A stretch of 64,000 nucleotides of DNA from an uncultured Spirochaetota bacterium (GTDB taxonomy: Bacteria; Spirochaetota; B62-G9; DRHN01), in NCBI GenBank assembly GCA_964433545.1, contig CAYSRJ010000015.1:18-64017 (forward strand). Reading direction: 5' to 3'. A program made the position numbers and the translations under genes. Positions 56,676-64,000 of this stretch are shown here, one piece after another. The notes beneath the pieces were generated by a model. That model searched no databases, had not been told where the DNA came from, and worked only from the letters and a program-made list of their open reading frames with translations. Every line of letters begins with the position of its first letter. Position 1 is the first letter of the stretch.

Positions 56676-58118
56676 GTGGATGATAAAACCGGCAGAGACG
56701 ACGAAGGCATCTTCGATAAAAATCGGATAGAGGGCATGTTCGACGGCCCGATTTTGCGTGTGCTTACAAGGCTCGCGCTCCCGATGTTCGCGGGTATGGT
56801 GTTTCAGGTACTGTACAGCATCGTCGACACCATATGGATATCGAGGATCGACCTGAAGGACCCCTCCTACGTGGGCGGGACGGGGATGATATTCCCCCTC
56901 ATATTTCTTATAATAGCACTCAGCTCGGGCATACTGATCGGGGTGGGCTCGCTCGTTGCCCGGTCAATCGGCGAAAAGAACAGGCACGTGCTCGACAAAA
57001 CGGCGGAATCGGGCCTCTTCATCGGTGGAACACTCTCGATACTGTTCGTTTCTCTTGCATACATCTTCGACAAGAAGCTCGTAGCCATCCTGGGCGCAAC
57101 AGGGGATTACTACACGCACGCACTCGAGTATCTCAGGTTCATGATACCGGCGGGCGCGCTCATGCTGGTGGGCAATGTTTTCAACGGGATACTGCAGGGA
57201 GAGGGCCTCATGGGGAAGATCATGAAGGCCATGATCATAGCGACCCTGGTCAATATTTTCCTTGATCCGCTGTGCATCTTCGTTCTGGGGCTGGGAGTGC
57301 GGGGCGCCGGTCTTGCAACTGTAATTGCACAGCTTATCGCCGCGGTATACGTGCTCGGTGTCTTTTTCAGAAAAAAGACGCTTGTTACGATTGAGTGGAA
57401 GCTTCGAAATGTGAATAAAACCATCATAAAAAAAATTATTGCCGTGGGCTTTCCACAGACAGCGGGCCAGATGACAATGGCCGTCAGTTTTCTGTTTTTC
57501 AACAGGCTCGTAGTCGGTATCGACCCCCTGGCGCTTACCGCCTTTGCCCTGTACGGGAGGTTTGATCAGACTATCATCTTTCCGATACTCGCGATCGGCG
57601 CAGCGATGATCACCATGATAGGCCAAAACTTCGGCAGGCGCCTGTATAAGCGCGTAATCGATATTTGGTGGACCGGAATTCTCACTGCAATGGGAGTCAT
57701 TGTCTTTTTGGGAACACTGCTTTTCATTTTTGCACCGAAGATATACCCCTTTTTCACCGATGTCGAAGGCGTAGAGCGGTATGCGGTGCTTCAGACCCGT
57801 ATTATTGTATACTCCTGGCTTCTGGCGTGTTTTACCGTTTTGGGAAGGGCGAGCTTCCAGGCGGTAGGAAGGGCGATTCCCGGCATGATCGTCGTGATAC
57901 TGCGCATCGTCGGTATAGCGCTCCCTGCGGCCTATTTCTATGTGTACGTCCTGCATCTCGGCATATACGGCGTGTGGTTCGGTATTATAACAGGCAGCGC
58001 TGTCGCCGCGGTTGTGAGCGGCATCTGGGTGCGAAGGACCCTGCTGGGATTTATTAAAAAAGAGGAGATAAAAATCCCTCTTGATATTCCAACGAGAGAG
58101 GGCGCGGTTGCTGAGTGA
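56676..58118 (+). CDS. MATE family efflux transporter
   Basis: LALPMFAGMVFQVLYSIVDTIW, LQGEG, NIFLDPL, GAGLAT, GQNFG, GIYGVW. Confidence 0.92.
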   Translation: MDDKTGRDDEGIFDKNRIEGMFDGPILRVLTRLALPMFAGMVFQVLYSIVDTIWISRIDLKDPSYVGGTGMIFPLIFLIIALSSGILIGVGSLVARSIGEKNRHVLDKTAESGLFIGGTLSILFVSLAYIFDKKLVAILGATGDYYTHALEYLRFMIPAGALMLVGNVFNGILQGEGLMGKIMKAMIIATLVNIFLDPLCIFVLGLGVRGAGLATVIAQLIAAVYVLGVFFRKKTLVTIEWKLRNVNKTIIKKIIAVGFPQTAGQMTMAVSFLFFNRLVVGIDPLALTAFALYGRFDQTIIFPILAIGAAMITMIGQNFGRRLYKRVIDIWWTGILTAMGVIVFLGTLLFIFAPKIYPFFTDVEGVERYAVLQTRIIVYSWLLACFTVLGRASFQAVGRAIPGMIVVILRIVGIALPAAYFYVYVLHLGIYGVWFGIITGSAVAAVVSGIWVRRTLLGFIKKEEIKIPLDIPTREGAVAE

Positions 58119-58146
58119 ATATACAGTATAAAGACAGGGAGTGATA

Positions 58147-59259
58147 ATGCAATTCATCGATCTAAGTGCACAGCAGAAGAGGATACGAGAACGTATCGAA
58201 ACGAACATCAAGAAAGTGCTCGATCACGGACGGTATATAAACGGCCCCGAGATAAAAGAGCTTGAAGAAAAGCTTGCAGGCTACGTAGGCGTTAAGTATG
58301 CGGCAGGTGTATCAAGCGGCACGGACGCGCTTTTGATCGTGCTGAAAGCCCTGGGAATCGGGCCGGGTGATGCGGTATTGACATCCACGTTTACCTTTAT
58401 CGCCGCGGCTGAAGTGATACAGCTGCTCGGTGCGACCCCCGTGTTTGTGGATATCGACGGGCGCAGTTTCAACATGGATACAGCCGGGCTTGAGAACACT
58501 ATTACTGGCGTTTTAAAAGAAGGAAAGCTCAGGCCCAAAGCCGTTATTCCCGTTGACCTGTTCGGCCAGCCTGCTGATTACGAGGAAATAAACAAGATTG
58601 CGGATAAACATAATCTGATTGTACTCGAGGATGCGGCACAGAGTTTCGGCGCATCGTATAAAGGCCGTAAGGCCTGCTCTCTTGCTGCGGTTGGTACCAC
58701 GAGCTTCTTTCCGGCAAAGCCCCTCGGGTGTTACGGCGACGGAGGCATGATTTTTACAGACAGACGGCTTCTGTTTGAAACAATCCTTTCACTGAGGAAT
58801 CACGGCCAGGGCAGGGACAAATACGACAACGTACGGGTTGGATTCAACGGCAGGCTCGATACCATCCAGGCAGCCATACTCCTGGCGAAATACGAAATTC
58901 TGGATGAAGAAATAGCCCGCCGGCAGGAAGTCGCAAAAAGATACAACGAGGGTTTAAAAAATATTGTTGAAATTCCCTTCATAAAGGGTGATGCTATCTC
59001 GGCCTGGGCACAGTATTCGGTTATGCATCCGAAGCGGGATACAATCATTCAAAAGATCAGCGACGGCGGCATCCCAACGGCTGTTTATTATCCGAAACCC
59101 CTGCACCTGCAGGGGGCGTTTTCCGCTTTCGGATACCAAACCGGCGATTTTCCTGTTGCAGAGCGGGTGTCGAAGGAGATATTCAGCCTGCCGATGCACC
59201 CGTATCTTGAAGCAAAAGATCAAAAACGAATTATTGAATCGTTAAAATCAGCTCTTTGA
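58147..59259 (+). CDS. DegT/DnrJ/EryC1/StrS sugar aminotransferase (WbpE-like)
   Basis: SSGTDAL, PVDLFGQPADY, EDAAQSFGA, TSFFPAKPLGCYGDGG, NGRLDTIQAA. Confidence 0.93.
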   Translation: MQFIDLSAQQKRIRERIETNIKKVLDHGRYINGPEIKELEEKLAGYVGVKYAAGVSSGTDALLIVLKALGIGPGDAVLTSTFTFIAAAEVIQLLGATPVFVDIDGRSFNMDTAGLENTITGVLKEGKLRPKAVIPVDLFGQPADYEEINKIADKHNLIVLEDAAQSFGASYKGRKACSLAAVGTTSFFPAKPLGCYGDGGMIFTDRRLLFETILSLRNHGQGRDKYDNVRVGFNGRLDTIQAAILLAKYEILDEEIARRQEVAKRYNEGLKNIVEIPFIKGDAISAWAQYSVMHPKRDTIIQKISDGGIPTAVYYPKPLHLQGAFSAFGYQTGDFPVAERVSKEIFSLPMHPYLEAKDQKRIIESLKSAL

Positions 59260-59289
59260 GTTATATGATTTATATTGAGGAGTTTGCTG

Positions 59290-60174
59290 ATGAAAGGAAT
59301 AATCCTGGCAGGCGGTGCAGGCACGAGGCTGTACCCCATTACAAAGGTTGTGTGCAAACAGCTTCTCCCCGTGTACGACAAGCCCATGATATATTACCCG
59401 CTTTCAACGCTGATGCTGGCTGGTATCAGGGATATCCTCATCATATCGACTCCGGAGGACACGCCGAAGTTCAGGGATCTTTTGGGTGATGGCTCTCGTC
59501 TCGGGCTTTCCTTTTCTTATGCGGTGCAGGATGCGCCGAACGGGCTGGCAGAGGCATTTATAATAGGCGAAGAATTTATCGGAGACGACACGGTCAGTCT
59601 TATTCTCGGTGACAACATCTTTTACGGCCACAACCTGTTTGACCTTGTACGGGAGGCATCGCAGCCGGAAGAGGGCGCGATCGTGTTCGGGTACTACGTG
59701 AGCGATCCGGAGCGCTACGGAGTGGTTGAGTTTGACGAAAACATGAGGGCGGTATCAATTGAAGAGAAACCCAAAAAGCCGAAATCGAACTATGCAGTCG
59801 TCGGCCTCTACTTCTACGATAATGAAGTGATCGATATTGCAAAATCGATCAAACCGTCCGGACGCGGGGAGCTCGAGATCACCGATGTAAACAAACGGTA
59901 CCTTGAAAAAGGACAGTTGAGCGTGCAGCTCATGGGCCGCGGGTATGCGTGGCTGGACACCGGGACGCACAACTCCCTGGTCGATGCGACGCAGTTTATT
60001 AAAACCATAGAAGACCGGCAGGGGCTTAAAATCGCCTGTATTGAAGAGGTGGCGTATCGTATGGGATATATCGATGCTGGGCAGCTTGAAAGAATCGCCC
60101 AACCCCTAATAAAGTCAGGGTACGGGGAGTATCTTCTGAACCTGCTGCGTGTGGAGAAAGGTGATGGTATTTAA
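59290..60174 (+). CDS. rfbA: Glucose-1-phosphate thymidylyltransferase
   Basis: [42 protein letters not shown]. Confidence 0.97.
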   Translation: MKGIILAGGAGTRLYPITKVVCKQLLPVYDKPMIYYPLSTLMLAGIRDILIISTPEDTPKFRDLLGDGSRLGLSFSYAVQDAPNGLAEAFIIGEEFIGDDTVSLILGDNIFYGHNLFDLVREASQPEEGAIVFGYYVSDPERYGVVEFDENMRAVSIEEKPKKPKSNYAVVGLYFYDNEVIDIAKSIKPSGRGELEITDVNKRYLEKGQLSVQLMGRGYAWLDTGTHNSLVDATQFIKTIEDRQGLKIACIEEVAYRMGYIDAGQLERIAQPLIKSGYGEYLLNLLRVEKGDGI

Positions 60175-60655
60175 GCGAGGCGAAATATCAGGTGTGAAGA
60201 TTGAAGCACTGGTGAAACATGTTGATGAAAGGGGATTTCTTATCGAAACATTTCGCCTTGATACATTACCTGATGATTTAAAACCGCAGATGAGCTATGT
60301 TTCATACACAGAACCTGGAGTTGCGCGGGGCCCTCATGAGCATATCAAGCAAACCGATATCTTTGCATTTATCGGCCCGGGTAATTTTAGAATACAACTG
60401 TGGGATAACAGGGAAAAAAGTAAAACATACGACAACTCTATAATTTTCTTTGGAGGAGAGGACAATACCATTCTCGTCGTAGTCCCTCCCGGTGTTGTGC
60501 ACGGCTATAAAAATATATCAAAAACAATTCGCGGAATGGTGTTAAATTATCCCGACAGGCTTTTCAAAGGACGAGGCAAAAAAGAGGCAGTCGATGAAGT
60601 GCGCCATGAAGATGCAGAGGATGAGTTTTATAAAGATTTTATAAAAAATTCATAG
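60164..60655 (+). CDS. rfbC: dTDP-4-dehydrorhamnose 3,5-epimerase
   Basis: [20 protein letters not shown] cupin motifs; position within the rml cluster. Confidence 0.88.
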   Translation: MVFKRGEISGVKIEALVKHVDERGFLIETFRLDTLPDDLKPQMSYVSYTEPGVARGPHEHIKQTDIFAFIGPGNFRIQLWDNREKSKTYDNSIIFFGGEDNTILVVVPPGVVHGYKNISKTIRGMVLNYPDRLFKGRGKKEAVDEVRHEDAEDEFYKDFIKNS

Positions 60656-60674
60656 CCGCCAGGAAATATAAAAT

Positions 60675-61553
60675 ATGATCTGGCTAATTGGAAGTAAGGG
60701 AATGTTAGGAAGCGATGTTGAATCGCTATTAGATGAAAACGAATTTGAATATTTATCTTCAGATCTGGAGTTTGATATTACCAGGATTGAACAGCTGAAA
60801 GCGTTTGTTTTCGGTAAAAAAATAGACTATATCATCAATTGTGCAGCATACACCGCAGTCGACAAGGCTGAAGACGAGCCCTATAAAGCGTTTCGAATCA
60901 ACGCTGAGGGAGTATTAAACATTGCCAAAATAGCAAAAGAAAAAAACGCAACACTCATTCATATCTCGACAGACTACGTATTCGACGGCGAAAAGGATGG
61001 CCCGTACATCGAAGAAGATAAACCAAACCCCACAGGCGTGTATGGAAAAAGCAAGCGTGAAGGCGAAATACATATACAAAATACCTTAAAAAAGTATTAT
61101 ATCATTAGAACCGCGTGGCTATACGGCCTTCATGGAAATAACTTCGTGTATACAATGCTGAAGCTTTTCAAGGAAAAAGAGGGCCTCAAAGTAGTATCGG
61201 ACCAGTGGGGGAGTCCTACATATACAAAAGACCTTGCAGGGGCTATAATAGAAATAGTCAAAAGTAAGAGTACTGATTACGGAATATATCATTTTACCAA
61301 TGAGGGAAAAACGAACTGGTACGAATTTGCGAAGTCTATATATGCACGGGCAAAAGAAATCGGTATAATAACCAGAGATATAGATATTTTACCTATCACG
61401 ACTTCGGAGTATCCTACGAAGGTGAAGAGGCCTAAGAATTCGTATCTGTCAAAAGATAAAATCAAAACGGCTTTCAATATTCACATTAATCACTGGGAAG
61501 ATGCATTGAATAGTTTCCTTGCTGAAGTTAAATCAGTGGGAATTACCGTATGA
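60675..61553 (+). CDS. rfbD: dTDP-4-dehydrorhamnose reductase
   Basis: GSKGMLG, NCAAYTAVDKAE, HISTDYVFDG, YGKSK, DQWGSPTY. Confidence 0.96.
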   Translation: MIWLIGSKGMLGSDVESLLDENEFEYLSSDLEFDITRIEQLKAFVFGKKIDYIINCAAYTAVDKAEDEPYKAFRINAEGVLNIAKIAKEKNATLIHISTDYVFDGEKDGPYIEEDKPNPTGVYGKSKREGEIHIQNTLKKYYIIRTAWLYGLHGNNFVYTMLKLFKEKEGLKVVSDQWGSPTYTKDLAGAIIEIVKSKSTDYGIYHFTNEGKTNWYEFAKSIYARAKEIGIITRDIDILPITTSEYPTKVKRPKNSYLSKDKIKTAFNIHINHWEDALNSFLAEVKSVGITV

Positions 61554-62629
61554 GTATTAAGAGGAAATTGACGAATATTCTCGTCACCGGTGGCGCAGGA
61601 TTTATCGGTTCGAATTTTATACGGTACCTTTTCAAGAAAACGGACTTTCAAGGAAACATTGTCAATGCTGACAAATTAACGTACGCCGGTAACCTCCAAA
61701 ACCTTGCCGATATCTACGAGGAGTTCAGCGGAGGCAGATATTTTTTTGAAAAGGTGGATATATGTGATTATGATGCCTTAAAGGATGTATTTGAGAAATA
61801 TTCAATTGACACAGTCGTTCATTTTGCCGCTGAATCACATGTCGACCGTTCGATATTCGGCCCCCGTGAATTTATAAACACAAACATACTTGGCACATTC
61901 AACCTGCTTGAGGTCTCGCGTGGGTATTGGAATAAACAGGATGGCGTGCTGTTTCACCATGTCAGCACGGACGAAGTGTACGGATCTCTTGATAACGGGG
62001 GTTTTTTCTATGAAACAACGCCGTACGACCCCCACAGCCCGTATTCAGCGTCAAAAGCATCGTCAGACCATCTTGTAAGGGCATACTTTCACACCTATGG
62101 ACTATCCGTTACCCTCTCAAACTGTTCAAACAACTACGGCCCCTACCAGTTTCCCGAAAAGCTCATTCCGTTGATGATACTCAATATACGCGATGAAAAA
62201 CCTCTTCCAGTATATGGGGATGGAAAAAACATCCGCGACTGGCTCTACGTTGAGGACCATTCATCTGCAATCTGGAGTATTCTAAATAAAGGAAAAACCG
62301 GTGATACATACAACATCGGAGGCGAAACCGAATGGGAAAATATCAGGCTTGTCAATGTGCTCTGCGAAAAAATGGCACATGTCCTCGGTAAAGACAAGGA
62401 TTACTATAAGAAGCTCATAACCTTTGTAAAAGACAGGCCGGGTCATGACATGCGATATGCGATAAACTGCGATAAAATAAAAAAAGAAAGGGGCTGGAAA
62501 CAGAGCGTTGATTTCAATGAAGGTCTCGATAAAACATTGCACTGGTATTTAGATAATGACGCATGGATTCGCAATATCCAGAGCGGTGAGTACAGAAAGT
62601 GGATTGAAAGGAATTATAAGAAAAGGTGA
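61550..62629 (+). CDS. rfbB: dTDP-glucose 4,6-dehydratase
   Basis: VTGGAGFIGSNF, HFAAESHVDRSI, VSTDEVYG, PYSASKAS, NNYGPYQFPEKLIP, DRPGHD.RY. Confidence 0.97.
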   Translation: MSIKRKLTNILVTGGAGFIGSNFIRYLFKKTDFQGNIVNADKLTYAGNLQNLADIYEEFSGGRYFFEKVDICDYDALKDVFEKYSIDTVVHFAAESHVDRSIFGPREFINTNILGTFNLLEVSRGYWNKQDGVLFHHVSTDEVYGSLDNGGFFYETTPYDPHSPYSASKASSDHLVRAYFHTYGLSVTLSNCSNNYGPYQFPEKLIPLMILNIRDEKPLPVYGDGKNIRDWLYVEDHSSAIWSILNKGKTGDTYNIGGETEWENIRLVNVLCEKMAHVLGKDKDYYKKLITFVKDRPGHDMRYAINCDKIKKERGWKQSVDFNEGLDKTLHWYLDNDAWIRNIQSGEYRKWIERNYKKR

Positions 62630-62647
62630 TCAGGTTAAACTCCATCA

Positions 62648-63589
62648 CTATTTTTTATTTTCTTGTTTCAAAAACAACCTTTGTTTCACCTCTTCCCTGC
62701 TGAAAAATTCCACGATAAAGGCGGCCAGAATAGCAACTAGAAAAAATAAGATTGTAAACGCAATTATTATAAAATCTTTTTTCTTCTTTGACTGAACTGG
62801 TTTGATATATTTTGCTAAGCTTCCTGTATTTTCTTTAATTAAAATATCCATGCTTGTTTTTTGATTTCCCTGTAAAAGTAGAAAGTCACCCTCAAAAAAC
62901 TCCACGGCTTTATTTAGCTTTATGTTTTTTGTTATTGTAATTATTTCATTGTTTATTTCGTTTATTGTATAAAAAATATTTTCTCCATTAGCTAGTGCAT
63001 TTATTTTATACTTCCCTTCTGTATTTATTGATTTAAGAGTATCGAGCAGTTTAATTTTGTTACTTAAACTATTTTCAAAAGCTTGTCGCGTAATTTCAGT
63101 TAAATATTTGTTTTTATTCAGGACGGTTTCTTTAAACTTTGAGTAATTCTTATAGAGCAGTTTTATTGCTTTGTTGATTTTATCTTTATTTCCGATAAGA
63201 GTAATGAGGATACTTTTTCTAATTTGGTCACTCTGAAGATTATCCGTGTATGTGGAAATGTCTAAAGTATAGCTTAGGCGATCATATGTATTATTTTTAT
63301 TTTCCATTTGTAAATAGAGCTCGTTGCGAAGCTGCTTCATAAATGGTTCAAGATCAGTTTGGCCTGGTGCAAGAAGATAATCTTCTGATACGTACAAAGA
63401 TTCTGGGAGGAAAATATTGATTTGTGTTTTATAGGATTCCTTTTTTATATAATTGAAATAGAAAAAAGAGATTATAAAACCTACAAAAGTAATAGTAATG
63501 ATTATCCACTTTCTTTTAAACAGTACAGATAGCAACTGAATAACATCAATCTCATCATTTTTTACGGTATCATTTGATACATTCTGCAA
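62648..63589 (-). CDS. wzz: Wzz-like polysaccharide chain-length determinant
   Basis: N-terminal DEIDVIQLLSVLFKRKWIII plus TM, a periplasmic region, and a C-terminal TM ending AFIVEF; very AT-rich. Confidence 0.78.
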   Translation of the reverse strand: MQNVSNDTVKNDEIDVIQLLSVLFKRKWIIITITFVGFIISFFYFNYIKKESYKTQINIFLPESLYVSEDYLLAPGQTDLEPFMKQLRNELYLQMENKNNTYDRLSYTLDISTYTDNLQSDQIRKSILITLIGNKDKINKAIKLLYKNYSKFKETVLNKNKYLTEITRQAFENSLSNKIKLLDTLKSINTEGKYKINALANGENIFYTINEINNEIITITKNIKLNKAVEFFEGDFLLLQGNQKTSMDILIKENTGSLAKYIKPVQSKKKKDFIIIAFTILFFLVAILAAFIVEFFSREEVKQRLFLKQENKK

Positions 63590-63747
63590 AAAGGTCTCCT
63601 TGAAATATTCAGTAATTGAAAAAGCACAGGTTTTTAAATCTGAGTGTTTCTTCTTTTATACAATAATTTTATAGATATATCAAGGAATTGTTGCTATATT
63701 TGTTCAATTGTTGAACAGCTCAAAAATACTTTTTAAAATGACTTCCT

Positions 63748-64000
63748 GTGTCTGAAGAAAAAGTTAAAACAGTTGAATCTTTTTATCGAGTAACCAAAAT
63801 AATTGAAGAACATCCCGAGTATACACAGAGAAGAATTGCGAAGGAGCTTGGGTATAGTGTAGGTAAGGTAAACTATGTTCTGACTGCTCTTGTTAAAAAA
63901 GGAATGATCAAGTTTCAGAGATTTCTGAAGAGCACAAATAAAACTGGTTATAAATATATGCTAACCCCTAAAGGTGTACAGGAGAAAGTTAAACTTACAC
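63748..64000 (+). CDS. EPS-associated MarR-family transcriptional regulator (partial, runs off the window; absent from the ORF track)
   Basis: From GTG63748: MSEEKVKTVESFYRVTKIIEEHPEYTQRRIAKELGYSVGKVNYVLTALVKKGMIKFQRFLKSTNKTGYKYMLTPKGVQEKVKLT. Confidence 0.85.
   Translation, partial: MSEEKVKTVESFYRVTKIIEEHPEYTQRRIAKELGYSVGKVNYVLTALVKKGMIKFQRFLKSTNKTGYKYMLTPKGVQEKVKLT

Noticed and set aside
54511-56676. Integron cassette array explanation for the toxin-antitoxin islet
   Set aside because: I found no RYYYAAC...GTTRRRY attC pairs between the genes and no integrase in the window.
56676-58118. MATE as the Wzx flippase of the adjacent rml/aminotransferase cluster
   Set aside because: Its motifs are those of classical drug/Na+ MATE proteins, and adjacency alone is not enough.
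56964-58211. 415-aa minus-strand ORF
   Set aside because: Antisense shadow of the well-supported MATE gene, with no recognisable motifs. The same applies to 53791-54705, 3680-4552, 25878-26612 and 6984-7709.

Overview
This window looks like ordinary chromosomal DNA from a bacterium, most likely a Spirochaetota member. That assignment is an inference from the FAGGxKE-type solute-binding-protein leaders and a large Ig-repeat/OmpA envelope protein. I found no rRNA, tRNA, CRISPR array, transposase or integrase. In order, the window contains: a GntR/UTRA regulator; a split (archaeal-type) glutamate synthase operon ending in argR, with a tandem ARG box upstream; ispH and a polyprenyl synthase; an SfsA-GIY-YIG double-nuclease fusion; aroC and pheS; a LacI gene and an orphan MsmX-type ATPase that share an identical operator; a pseudo-receiver regulator; NhaC, gltX and murA; a pseudo-cyclase; a ferritin-like protein, PTS EIIA, an amidohydrolase and murE; an AT-rich ORFan; a 2-aminoethylphosphonate/Fe3+-type ABC operon with a Pho-box-like promoter, divergent from a PiT transporter; DUF427 and sppA; a PorV-like barrel / 8x SP(N/D)xDG Ig repeat / OmpA giant protein; thrH-hom; a 12 kb rare-sugar/polyol uptake and catabolism locus; a toxin-antitoxin islet (MNT-HEPN, VanZ, HicB-HicA); MATE; a DegT aminotransferase; rmlACDB; wzz; and the start of an EPS-associated MarR gene. 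The most unusual observations are a family of mosaic intergenic repeats with compensatory stem changes, the giant envelope protein, the ArgR-controlled glutamate synthase with a CTG-start argR, and the dual-nuclease fusion.
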